DNA of 64,000 bases, from NCBI GenBank assembly GCA_015488115.1, contig WFOK01000015.1, forward strand, positions 14,589-78,588, written 5' to 3'. Position numbers and translations under genes: made by a program. Shown here piece after piece: positions 1-8,820 of the stretch. Source of the DNA: Mariprofundaceae bacterium (GTDB lineage Bacteria > Pseudomonadota > Zetaproteobacteria > Mariprofundales > Mariprofundaceae). The first letter of the stretch is position 1. Every line of letters starts with the position of its first letter. The notes below the pieces were generated by a model that did no database searches, had not been told where the DNA came from, and worked only from the letters and a program-made list of their open reading frames with translations.

Positions 1-1
1 C

Positions 2-319
2 AAGGTTTTCGAACGCCGCAAGGCCCAACTGCTTGCCAAGCAACAGGCCGAGCTGGAAAAGGCCAAGACCGTTGCCGAAAAGCTGAGCGAACTGGACCTG
101 TCCTTGGTTCGCGCCACTTCCGATGGCAAGCATCTGTACGGCTCGGTCTCCACGGGTGATCTTGCGGAACTGGTCAATGCCCACGGATATGACATCGCCC
201 GACGCAACATCATCCTGGATGAACAGATCAAGACGGTCGGAGAGCATCACTTCCGCATCCGCCTGCATCCGGATGTCACGGCCGAACTTTCGGTCAAGGT
301 AGAGTCCGAAAGCCATTGA
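2..319 (+). CDS. rplI: 50S ribosomal protein L9, C-terminal part (5' end lies outside the window)
   Basis: The frame is open from the window edge (KVFERRKAQLLAKQQAELEKAK...HHFRIRLHPDVTAELSVKVE), typical of the L9 C-terminal domain. The stop TGA 317-319 overlaps the dnaB start, and rplI-dnaB adjacency is common. Confidence 0.85.
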   Translation, partial: KVFERRKAQLLAKQQAELEKAKTVAEKLSELDLSLVRATSDGKHLYGSVSTGDLAELVNAHGYDIARRNIILDEQIKTVGEHHFRIRLHPDVTAELSVKVESESH

Positions 320-1704
320 GCCGGCCTGTCCCGCTTCGTGCGGCTGACAGCCTGCGCGAGCATTCGCCTCCGCATGCCCTTGATGCGGAACGCGCAGTGC
401 TGGGTGGCATCATGCTCGATCCCGAGGCGCTGGAGCGTCTGGAAGGAACGCTCCAGCCCGAGCATTTCTATGTCGAGGCCAATGCCAAGATCTTTGCCTC
501 GATGCTGGAACTCCATGCAAAAGGCCAGCCCGTCGATGGCCTGACGGTCAAGGACCACCTCGAGCAGCATGGGGAGCTGGATGCCTGCGGTGGAGAAGCC
601 TATCTCGCCGACCTTGTCAGCAGCATCCCCACGGCCGCCAATGTGCGGCATTATGCCAATATCGTCAGGGAACGCGCCGTGCTGCGCGAATTGCTCAGCG
701 TCTGCGCGGATGTCTCGCGGGAGGTCTACGAGCAGCCAGGCAAGGACGTCAATGAGCACCTTGATCTGGCGGAGCAGAAAATCCTGGCCATCGCCGAGCG
801 TTTCAACCGCTCGCGTCCGACATTCGCCAAGATGGACGCCTTGATGGTTCAAAGCTACAAGGAGCTTGAAGCACGCTATGCCGAAAAGAAGGCCATCACG
901 GGCGTGCCGACGGGCTTCTCCGACCTGGATGAAATGACATCCGGACTGCAGCGCGGCGATCTCATCATCATTGCGGGCCGGCCGAGCATGGGCAAGACGG
1001 CCTTCTCGATGAACATCGCTCAGAACGCGGCCATCCGCAATGATGAGCCGGCCGTGGTGGCCATCTTTTCGCTTGAGATGTCTGCCCAGCAGATCGCCCT
1101 GCGCATGCTGGCCAGCGAGGCCCGTGTGGACATGAAAAGCCTGCGCACCGGGCGCTTCTCGACCGAGGACTGGCGCAAGCTTGCCTCAGCCAGCGGCGCG
1201 CTGGCCGAGGCATCCATCTATGTCGACGACACACCCGCCATCTCGGTGCTCGAGCTGCGGTCCAAGTGCCGCCGCCTCCGACGCGAAGCCAAGGGACTGG
1301 ACCTGATCATCATCGACTACCTGCAACTGATGTCTGGCCGGGCGGATTCCGAACGACGCGAGCAGGAGATCTCGGAGATCACGCGGGCGCTCAAGGGCCT
1401 GGCCAAGGAGCTCGACGTGCCCGTGATCGCGCTCTCCCAGCTGAACCGCTCCCTGGAATCCCGGGCCGACAAGCGCCCGATGATGTCGGACCTGCGCGAA
1501 TCCGGGGCCATCGAACAGGATGCTGACGTCATCATGTTCATCTATCGGGACGAGGTCTATCACAAAAAGCCCGAGAACGAAGGACTGGCCGAGGTCATCA
1601 TCGGCAAGCAGCGAAACGGCCCAACGGGCTTCGTCAAGTTGACATTCCTCAACCAGTATACCCGCTTTGAAAACTTCTCTCCCGCGGGGGCTTTTGACGA
1701 CTAG
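316..1704 (+). CDS. dnaB: Replicative DNA helicase DnaB
   Basis: 462 aa. N-terminal PPHALDAERAVLGGIML, Walker A GRPSMGKTAF, IIIDYLQLM and a RecA-like C-terminus. TTG at 316 is the only in-frame start upstream of the conserved N-terminus. Confidence 0.95.
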   Translation: MSRPVPLRAADSLREHSPPHALDAERAVLGGIMLDPEALERLEGTLQPEHFYVEANAKIFASMLELHAKGQPVDGLTVKDHLEQHGELDACGGEAYLADLVSSIPTAANVRHYANIVRERAVLRELLSVCADVSREVYEQPGKDVNEHLDLAEQKILAIAERFNRSRPTFAKMDALMVQSYKELEARYAEKKAITGVPTGFSDLDEMTSGLQRGDLIIIAGRPSMGKTAFSMNIAQNAAIRNDEPAVVAIFSLEMSAQQIALRMLASEARVDMKSLRTGRFSTEDWRKLASASGALAEASIYVDDTPAISVLELRSKCRRLRREAKGLDLIIIDYLQLMSGRADSERREQEISEITRALKGLAKELDVPVIALSQLNRSLESRADKRPMMSDLRESGAIEQDADVIMFIYRDEVYHKKPENEGLAEVIIGKQRNGPTGFVKLTFLNQYTRFENFSPAGAFDD

Positions 1705-1728
1705 GACGTTTTCGTCCAAAATACAACG

Positions 1729-2787
1729 ATGACACGTCCAGCCCGCGCGGTCATTCACCTTGATCATCTACGCCAGAATTTCCACCGGATCCGGAGCCTG
1801 GCCGGCGAGGCTGAGATCATGGCCGTGGTCAAGGCCAATGCCTACGGCCACGGTCTGACAGAGATCGCGCGCGTCCTCGCCGAAGAGGGCTGCCGGCACT
1901 TTGGCGTCACGGATGCCTCCGAGGGACAGGCCTTGCGCCAGACCCTTGCGCACGCGGCCGACATCACCCTGCTCTCTGGCATCTTTGACCTGAAGGATGC
2001 GCGGCTGGCAAGCGCGCACCGTCTTACACCGATCATTTATGACGAACGACAGCTGGACTGTCTGAAACATGCCGGTTTCCCGGGATCAGTCTGGCTGAAG
2101 GTGGATACGGGCATGGGACGACTCGGCGCATCGCAACCCGAAAAGCTGCTCAAAAGCTGCGAAAGGGCGGGATTCCGTATTCGCGGCCTGCTCAGCCATC
2201 TTGCGTGCGCGGAAGAACCGGACCACCCGCTCAACCGTCGTCAAATCGATCGCTTTTCCTCGCTCTGTACGCGCCTTGGCCTTCCGGGATCCCTGCTCAA
2301 CAGTGCCGGCCTGAGCAAAGGGTACGCGGAACGCTTCTCATGCGTGCGTCCTGGCATCGCGCTCTATGGCAGCGAACCGATCCCCTCCCGGCCCATCGGG
2401 CTCAAGCCGGTCATGCAGCTTCAGGGCAGGATCATTCAAATCCGGCACCTGCCCGCCGATCATCCGATTTCCTATGGCGCGACATTCCATACGCCTGCGC
2501 CCATGCGCGTCGGGGTCGTTTCGCTCGGCTACGGGGACGGCCTTCCCCGGCAGCTGTCCAATCGGGGGGAAGCGTTCATCCAGGGGCGGCGATATCCGAT
2601 TCTTGGCAGGGTCTGCATGGACTACACCATCATCCGACTGGACGATGCCTTGGTCGAGGCAGGGGACTGGGTGGAGTTCTGGGGACCAAACGTGACAGCC
2701 AACGAGGTCGCACGACAAGCCGGCACGATTGCCTACGAACTGTTCACCGGCGTGGCCGGCCGCGTGCAAAGGATCATCCGAGAATGA
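1729..2787 (+). CDS. alr: Alanine racemase
   Basis: 352 aa. PLP-lysine motif AVVKANAYGHG and conserved VCMDY near the C-terminus. The dnaB-alr order matches enterobacteria. Confidence 0.93.
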   Translation: MTRPARAVIHLDHLRQNFHRIRSLAGEAEIMAVVKANAYGHGLTEIARVLAEEGCRHFGVTDASEGQALRQTLAHAADITLLSGIFDLKDARLASAHRLTPIIYDERQLDCLKHAGFPGSVWLKVDTGMGRLGASQPEKLLKSCERAGFRIRGLLSHLACAEEPDHPLNRRQIDRFSSLCTRLGLPGSLLNSAGLSKGYAERFSCVRPGIALYGSEPIPSRPIGLKPVMQLQGRIIQIRHLPADHPISYGATFHTPAPMRVGVVSLGYGDGLPRQLSNRGEAFIQGRRYPILGRVCMDYTIIRLDDALVEAGDWVEFWGPNVTANEVARQAGTIAYELFTGVAGRVQRIIRE

Positions 2788-3557
2788 TCGCTCTGCTGGA
2801 GAACATCGGCGCGCTGCTGCAACGCATGTTCCTCCAGGCCGGCCTCTACCCGACCCTGTTGCTCAAGATCCTTGCGCGTATGCCGCGGCGGCCGTTTTTC
2901 GCGCGCCAGCTCATGCTTCAATGCGAAGAAGTCGGCGTCCAGTCCCTGCCCGTCGTGCTACTCACGGCCGTTTTCACAGGCATGGTGCTGGCCTTGCAGA
3001 GCTACATCGGCTTTCACCGTTTTGGCGCGGAAAGCATGACAGCCACGGTCGTTTCTCTCTCCATGCTGCGTGAGCTCGGCCCCGTCCTCGTTGGTCTCAT
3101 GGTGGCCGGACGCATCGGCGCATCGTTCGCCGCCGAACTGGGCACCATGCGCGTCACCGAACAAATCGATGCGCTTTGGACGCTGTCCACGGATCCCGTG
3201 CGTTATCTGGTGATTCCGCGTTTCCTAGCGGCGTGCCTGATGATGCCTCTGCTGGTCGTGCTGGCCGATGGGATCGGTATCCTGGGCGGCTATGCCATCA
3301 GCGTGCATGCCTTGGACCAGAACCCAACCGTGTACTGGAACAACACGTTCCTTTACCTGAAGGAGATCGACTTCTATTCCGGCCTGTTCAAGGCCTTCGT
3401 GTTCGGCATGATCATCGGGCTCATCGGATGCACCGAGGGCTTCTATTGCGAGGGGGGGGCCGTCGGCGTCGGGGAAGCAACGACCAGGGCCGTCGTGCTC
3501 AGTGCCATGAGCATCCTCGTCGGGGATTACGTTCTCACGGCGGTGATCTTCCAATGA
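2784..3557 (+). CDS. MlaE/Ttg2B-like ABC transporter permease (first copy)
   Basis: 257 aa. ATG 2784 overlaps the alr stop (ATGA). Family signature LRELGPVLVGLMVAGRIGASFAAELGTMRVTEQIDAL. The longer track ORF starting at 2205 overlaps alr and is rejected. Confidence 0.88.
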   Translation: MIALLENIGALLQRMFLQAGLYPTLLLKILARMPRRPFFARQLMLQCEEVGVQSLPVVLLTAVFTGMVLALQSYIGFHRFGAESMTATVVSLSMLRELGPVLVGLMVAGRIGASFAAELGTMRVTEQIDALWTLSTDPVRYLVIPRFLAACLMMPLLVVLADGIGILGGYAISVHALDQNPTVYWNNTFLYLKEIDFYSGLFKAFVFGMIIGLIGCTEGFYCEGGAVGVGEATTRAVVLSAMSILVGDYVLTAVIFQ

Positions 3558-4342
3558 GCCATGAGGTCAAGATATCCACGCGAGGGCTGCGCAAGTGCTT
3601 CAACGGACGCGTGGTGCTGGAACACGTGGATCTCGATATCAGGGCAGGGGAATCCCATGTCATCGTCGGCTTGTCCGGCACGGGCAAAAGCGTGCTTCTC
3701 AAATGCATCCTCGGACTGCTGAGCCCCGATGCCGGCACGGTATGGATCAACGGAGAGGACTGGAGCAAGCTGGACGAGGACCAGAAGCTGGCCCGCATGC
3801 GCTGCATCGGCGTTGTGTTCCAGGGATCGGCCCTGTTCGACTCGCTGCCGGTCTGGGAAAACGTGGCCTTCGTCCTGTTGCGCCATGGCATGCCTCAGAG
3901 CGAAGCCAGGACCAGGGCCGAAGAAGTGCTTGAATGGGTCGGACTGCCGGGTATCGGGGACAAGATGCCGGCCGAGCTCTCCGGCGGCATGAAAAAGAGG
4001 GTGGGCCTGGCCCGCGCGATCTGCCACCGCCCTGACATCATCCTCTATGACGAGCCCCTGACCGGTCTGGACCCCGTCATGGCGGACGCCATCCTCAGAC
4101 TGATGTCGCGACTGCACGAGGAGTTGCAAGTGACCTCCCTGACCATCTCGCACAACATGAACTTGGTCCGTCGCTTTTCCGATCGCGTGAGCATGCTTTA
4201 TGAAGGTCGCATCCATCAACAGCTGCACCGCGATGAGATTGATGCCTGCACGGATCCCGTCTTCCGCCAGTTCGTCATGGGAAGCGCTTCGGGGCCGATT
4301 CAAGTCCAAGGCATGATACCCCAAAGGAGGGAAAGAGCATGA
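3554..4342 (+). CDS. MlaF/Ttg2A-like ABC transporter ATP-binding protein (first copy)
   Basis: 262 aa. ATGA overlap with the permease. Walker A GLSGTGKS, ABC signature LSGGMKKR, Walker B ILYDEP. Confidence 0.9.
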   Translation: MSHEVKISTRGLRKCFNGRVVLEHVDLDIRAGESHVIVGLSGTGKSVLLKCILGLLSPDAGTVWINGEDWSKLDEDQKLARMRCIGVVFQGSALFDSLPVWENVAFVLLRHGMPQSEARTRAEEVLEWVGLPGIGDKMPAELSGGMKKRVGLARAICHRPDIILYDEPLTGLDPVMADAILRLMSRLHEELQVTSLTISHNMNLVRRFSDRVSMLYEGRIHQQLHRDEIDACTDPVFRQFVMGSASGPIQVQGMIPQRRERA

Positions 4343-5232
4343 ATGCACAAGCGCGTTTGGGGGCCTTCTTTCTGCTGTCGCTGGTCGTTCTTGGCCTGTT
4401 CAGCATCAAAATCGGACGCCTGCAATGGTTCGAAGAGGAAGGACGGATCATCGAGGCCCTGTTCCACGACGCCTCCGGCATCGCTGAACAGACGCCGGTT
4501 CTGATGGCCGGCGTCAGGATCGGCGCGGTCAGCAGTATCACGCTTGAACGCAACGAGGCCCTGGTGCGCATGCGCATTCAGCCCGGCATCGTGCTGCCTC
4601 GATCCACGAAGGCCCATATCGAGGGTGGTGGCCTGATCGGAGAAAAATACATCGCCCTCTCGGCCACGCCGGGGGACACCACACCTCTGGAAGGCAACAG
4701 GATCCCGACGGACTCAACGGGCAATGTCAGCGAAATCCTTAGGAAAACCTCGTCCATCGCCGATGACGCCCACCAGGTCTTCAACAAGATCGGCAAGGTC
4801 GCGGACACGCTCTCGATCTTGCTGCAAGAAAACCGCAAGGATCTGCACGGCAGCCTCACGCACATCCACCGGGCCAGCCAAGAGGCCTCGGCCGTGCTGG
4901 TCAGCCATCGCAAGGATCTTGATCGAACCCTGGATGAGTTGCCAAAGGTGATGGAAGCCAGCCGACGGTTCTTTGAAGAGGGTACGGCCGCTGCACAACA
5001 ATTGCGGGGCATCCTGACCGATAATCGCGAGAACCTGTATCGGGCCCTTTTCGAGTTCAGAAAAACGGCGGAAAACCTCGAGATCCTTACAGACGACCTG
5101 CGTTACAACCCTTGGAAGCTCATGGTCGAGAAGCCGGAAATCAAGCGTGATCCGGCCAAGCGCATGCGGCAAAAGCAGGAAGAGATGATCCTGAGCACGG
5201 GCAGAATGGGACCGTCCGTGCCGGAACGATGA
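4339..5232 (+). CDS. MCE/MlaD-domain substrate-binding protein with a long helical C-terminal extension
   Basis: 297 aa. ATGA overlap with the ATPase and SD AAAGGAGGG upstream. N-terminal TM (FFLLSLVVLGLFSI), MCE core (VLMAGVRIGAVSSITL) and about 170 aa of helical repeats. Confidence 0.85.
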   Translation: MNAQARLGAFFLLSLVVLGLFSIKIGRLQWFEEEGRIIEALFHDASGIAEQTPVLMAGVRIGAVSSITLERNEALVRMRIQPGIVLPRSTKAHIEGGGLIGEKYIALSATPGDTTPLEGNRIPTDSTGNVSEILRKTSSIADDAHQVFNKIGKVADTLSILLQENRKDLHGSLTHIHRASQEASAVLVSHRKDLDRTLDELPKVMEASRRFFEEGTAAAQQLRGILTDNRENLYRALFEFRKTAENLEILTDDLRYNPWKLMVEKPEIKRDPAKRMRQKQEEMILSTGRMGPSVPER

Positions 5233-5233
5233 C

Positions 5234-6022
5234 ATGAAGCCACGGATGTGGTTGGCGATCGCATGGCTCGCGCTCGCGCTGCTCCCGGCATGCGCGACTT
5301 CGCCCATGCGCCCGACCGCGGACCTGGCCATGGATGCCTGGAGACAGGGTGACCTGACCCAGGCGCGCCGGCTGCTGGAGCGGGCCATCCGCCAGCAGCC
5401 CGACAACCTGGAAGCGCGCTACAACCTTGCCTGGCTTCTCGAAGAGCAGGGCTTCGAGGATGATGCAGCCGCACTTTACGAAGAAAACCTCAAACGTGGC
5501 ATGCACTTGCCTTCTGTCATCAACCTGGCCGTCCATTATCAGAAACGAGGCCTCATCGACCGGGCCGGAGCACTGCTTGAAAACGCCTGCCGGGTGTTGC
5601 CTCATGAAGCAACGCCACGTTACATGCTTGCCCAACTGATGCACCAGACAGGACGTGAACAGGCGGCGGAGCACTATTTCCTGGAAGCGCTGCGGACCGA
5701 TGCCCACAACGCCCTGGCCCATGTGTTCTATGCCAGGTGGCTGGCATCAAGGGGCAAGCTTGATCTGGCGACCCGGCAGGCCAGACAGGCTGTTGCGCTG
5801 GCCCCGACCTGCGCCGCCTGCTGGCGCGCTCTCGGAGACATCCTGATCAAGCAGCGCCTTCCGGGAAAGGCCATCGAAGCCTACCAGCGATCGCTGGCCA
5901 TCGAACCAGACACCGAAACACGCCGACGACTGATCAATGCGCTGCGGGAGGCCGGAGAAAAAGAGCGCGCCGAACGCATGAACGAGGCCCTGGAGGCCGC
6001 TCTCGCGAAGGGGATCCAGTGA
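5234..6022 (+). CDS. TPR-repeat lipoprotein
   Basis: 262 aa. Starts 1 nt after the MCE stop. Signal peptide with lipobox LLPAC. Several TPR-like units (EARYNLAWLLEEQG, ALAHVFYARWLASRG, CWRALGDILIKQ). Confidence 0.75.
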   Translation: MKPRMWLAIAWLALALLPACATSPMRPTADLAMDAWRQGDLTQARRLLERAIRQQPDNLEARYNLAWLLEEQGFEDDAAALYEENLKRGMHLPSVINLAVHYQKRGLIDRAGALLENACRVLPHEATPRYMLAQLMHQTGREQAAEHYFLEALRTDAHNALAHVFYARWLASRGKLDLATRQARQAVALAPTCAACWRALGDILIKQRLPGKAIEAYQRSLAIEPDTETRRRLINALREAGEKERAERMNEALEAALAKGIQ

Positions 6023-7134
6023 AAGACGCCCATCGGTTTCCGTTCAGCCCATCGGAGCTCGGCACGCTCGGCGTGGAAATGGAATGCTTCCTGATCCGGG
6101 CTGCGGACGGCAAACAGGCGCCGCTTGCGGAAGAGCTGATCCGGCTCTGCGGTCAACCCGGACATGTCAAACCGGAACTGTTCACCTCCATCGTGGAACT
6201 GAACACAGGCATCCACAGACAAACGGACAACTGCATCGCGGAACTGTCGGACTGGGTCAGGCTGAGCCGCAAGCACCTCGCCAGTCTTGGAGGGCAGTTG
6301 CTGTGCATGGGAACCCACCCGTTTTCGCATTGGCGGGAACAGAAGATCAGCGCGGATCCAAGGTATCAGCGCCTTGTGCATCGCCTGCAGTGGATGGCTC
6401 GCCGATTCAACATCTGCGGCATCCATGTCCATGTCGGCATGCCCAATGGAGATGCATGCATTCGCACCATGAACAGGCTGCTGCCAATCATGCCCGCCTT
6501 CCTCGCGCTTTCCGCCAATTCACCTTTTTGGCATGGTGATGATACCGGCCTTGCATCGACGCGCATCAAGATCTTCGAAGGCCTGAGCCAGGGAGGCATG
6601 CCCTTCTATTTCCGGGACTGGCTGGACTTTGAGCATTGCGCCTCCCGGCTGATGGCCAGCGGGAGCATCGATTCCGTGCGGGACATCTGGTGGGAGATGA
6701 GACCGCACCCTGATTTCGGCACCCTTGAGATTCGCATCGGAGACATGCCGGCCAGCCGCCAGGACGCTGCTGCCTACATCGCCTATGTCCGGGCCGAGGC
6801 ACTCGCCGCCTTCTGGGGCCATGGCGCGCCCAAGCTGCATCCATCGCTGATCCGCGAGAACCGATGGCGCGCCTGCCGGTACGGCGTCCATATGGAATGG
6901 ATCGACCCGTTCACGGAAGAAAAGGTCTGGTTTCTGGACTGGCTGGAACAGCGCCTTGAGGCGCTGGCGCACCATGCCATTCCGGAGGCAGAACTCATGC
7001 ACGTCGCGCGCATGCTCCCCACTTGGAGGCGCTCGGGCAGCGGCTCCCACCGGCAGAGGCATGCGCTCCTTGCCACGGAGGAGTTGCCTGCGATGATTGC
7101 GCACATGATCGATCGGGATGGCTGGCCGCAATGA
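6019..7134 (+). CDS. ybdK: Carboxylate-amine ligase, YbdK / glutamate-cysteine ligase family 2
   Basis: 371 aa. GTG start overlaps the TPR gene stop (GTGA). Collinear with my recollection of E. coli YbdK (GVEMECFLI, GTHPFSHW, IHVHVGMP, ALSANSPFW, WWEMRPHPDFGTLEIRIGD, NRWRACRYG). Confidence 0.85.
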   Translation: MKDAHRFPFSPSELGTLGVEMECFLIRAADGKQAPLAEELIRLCGQPGHVKPELFTSIVELNTGIHRQTDNCIAELSDWVRLSRKHLASLGGQLLCMGTHPFSHWREQKISADPRYQRLVHRLQWMARRFNICGIHVHVGMPNGDACIRTMNRLLPIMPAFLALSANSPFWHGDDTGLASTRIKIFEGLSQGGMPFYFRDWLDFEHCASRLMASGSIDSVRDIWWEMRPHPDFGTLEIRIGDMPASRQDAAAYIAYVRAEALAAFWGHGAPKLHPSLIRENRWRACRYGVHMEWIDPFTEEKVWFLDWLEQRLEALAHHAIPEAELMHVARMLPTWRRSGSGSHRQRHALLATEELPAMIAHMIDRDGWPQ

Positions 7135-8327
7135 TGGACCGGGCTGAGTTCGACCGCGTGCTGGATGCCTTGATGCCGGATGTCATTCGGGACCGGCGCC
7201 ATCTGCACAGGCATCCCGAGCTGTCGGGAGAGGAAAAGCAGACGAGCGCATGGCTGGCCGACCGCTGCCGGGAACTGGACCTTGAGGTCAGGGAACGGAT
7301 CGGAGGCTATGGGATCCTGGCCCGATTGCACGTCGGACGCACCTTGCCTTGGCTTGCCCTGCGGGCCGACATGGATGCCCTTCCCGTGGAGGATCAAAGC
7401 GGCACCGACTATGCATCCCAGTTTCCCCAACGCGCCCATGCCTGTGGCCATGATGCGCACTCGGCCATGCTGCTCGGCGCGGCCCGGTTGCTGTCCAGGT
7501 TCCGTCATGCCTTGCCTTGCAATGTGGCCTTCATCTTCCAGCCGGCGGAGGAAACCTGCTCGGGTGCCGCGGCCATGCTGGCCGACCATGTGTTCTCCGA
7601 TCTCAGGCCGCAGCACATCTTCGCGTTTCATGTCTACCCGCAACTGCCGGCCGGAAGCCTGGGCATCCGGGAGGGCATCATGTGCGCCGCCGCCGATCTG
7701 TTCGAGGTGCATGTCGAAGGACGCGGCGGCCATGCGGCCAGACCGCATGAAGCCACGGATGTCATCCTCATTGCCAGTCACATGATTCAGGCTCTGCACC
7801 ATATCATCGGCCGCCGCGTCGACCCGCTTGCCCCGGCCGTGCTGACCATCGGACAGATCCGCGGTGGTTTTGCGGCCAACGTCATTCCTGACCATGTCCG
7901 CTTCAGCGGCACCGTGCGCACGTTGCACCCGGATGCGCATGAAACGATCCGAGGCCAGATGATCCGCATCATCCGACAGACCGCCGAGGCCTGGGGAGCC
8001 ACAGCCTCGTTCACACTGCATCAGGCCTGCCCCGTGCTGTGTAATGACACCGAAAGCGCACAAGCCAGCCGTGCAATCTTTGCATCCTGGCTGCCCGAGG
8101 CCCCCCTTATTGAGCTGGAGCAGCCATCGATGGGCGGCGAGGACTTCTCTGAATTCCTGCGCCACATACCCGGTTGCTTATTCCGGCTTGGTACGGGAAG
8201 TACGCCGGCGACGCGCTATCCCCTTCATCATCCCTGCTTCAATATTGATGAACGGGCCATGAAACATGGCGTGGGCGCCATGGCCGCCCTGGCCCTGGGC
8301 TACGAGCGCTTGCAACAGACCCTCTGA
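7131..8327 (+). CDS. M20D-family amidohydrolase (aminoacylase / hippurate hydrolase-like)
   Basis: 398 aa. ATGA overlap with ybdK. Motifs HLHRHPELSGEE, ALRADMDALP, HACGHDAH, FIFQPAEE, GGHAARPH. Confidence 0.88.
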   Translation: MMDRAEFDRVLDALMPDVIRDRRHLHRHPELSGEEKQTSAWLADRCRELDLEVRERIGGYGILARLHVGRTLPWLALRADMDALPVEDQSGTDYASQFPQRAHACGHDAHSAMLLGAARLLSRFRHALPCNVAFIFQPAEETCSGAAAMLADHVFSDLRPQHIFAFHVYPQLPAGSLGIREGIMCAAADLFEVHVEGRGGHAARPHEATDVILIASHMIQALHHIIGRRVDPLAPAVLTIGQIRGGFAANVIPDHVRFSGTVRTLHPDAHETIRGQMIRIIRQTAEAWGATASFTLHQACPVLCNDTESAQASRAIFASWLPEAPLIELEQPSMGGEDFSEFLRHIPGCLFRLGTGSTPATRYPLHHPCFNIDERAMKHGVGAMAALALGYERLQQTL

Positions 8328-8344
8328 TCAGCGAGAAATAGGGC

Positions 8345-8761
8345 ATGTTCCGCACCTTTCTTCTGTTGTTCGTGACCGTACCGCTGATCGAGCTCTATGT
8401 GCTGATCAAGGTGGGCGCGGGCATTGGCGGCCTGAACACAATCGTCCTGTGCCTGCTCACGGCGGCCATCGGTGGTCTGCTGATCCGTTGGCAGGGGCTA
8501 CGCACGCTGCTCGATGCCCAGCGCCAGCTCAACAGAGGGGAAATACCGGCGGATCATGCCCTGCACGGTTTCATGCTCGTAGTCAGCGGCATCCTGCTGT
8601 TCACGCCGGGCTTCATCACCGATGCCCTCGGCTTCCTGCTGCTGGTACCTGCATTCAGGCGCTGGCTCATTCGCCGCATCTTCCCCGGCCCGCCTACGCG
8701 CGGACCGGGCGGGGATATCATCGATATCGAAATCCTTGAAGATCATCACCACCTGCGCTGA
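8345..8761 (+). CDS. fxsA: FxsA family membrane protein
   Basis: 138 aa. N-terminus MFRTFLLLFVTVPLIELYVLIKVG and FTPGFITDALGFLLLVP are typical of FxsA. Confidence 0.85.
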   Translation: MFRTFLLLFVTVPLIELYVLIKVGAGIGGLNTIVLCLLTAAIGGLLIRWQGLRTLLDAQRQLNRGEIPADHALHGFMLVVSGILLFTPGFITDALGFLLLVPAFRRWLIRRIFPGPPTRGPGGDIIDIEILEDHHHLR

Positions 8762-8797
8762 GCAAACGCCCGTCCACATGCTTGCAAAGGAAGGCCC

Positions 8798-8819
8798 GTT
8801 TCCGCATGAGCGGAAGCGC
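8798..8819. terminator. Hairpin between convergent fxsA and aroB (possible bidirectional terminator)
   Basis: CGTTTCCGC-ATGA-GCGGAAGCG forms a 9-bp stem with one mismatch. There is no clear U-tract. Confidence 0.3.
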
Positions 8820-8820
8820 A

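Noticed and set aside
2205-4342. Track ORFs 2205-3557 (450 aa) and 3176-4342 (388 aa), read as large fusion proteins.
   Set aside because: Their 5' parts overlap alr or the permease gene in another frame. The family signatures start at ATG 2784 and ATG 3554.
6783-8165. A 460-aa ORF antisense to the M20 amidohydrolase gene.
   Set aside because: It is Arg/Gly/Ala/His-rich with no motifs and fully overlaps a gene with clear family signatures on the other strand. This is a typical GC-rich antisense open frame.
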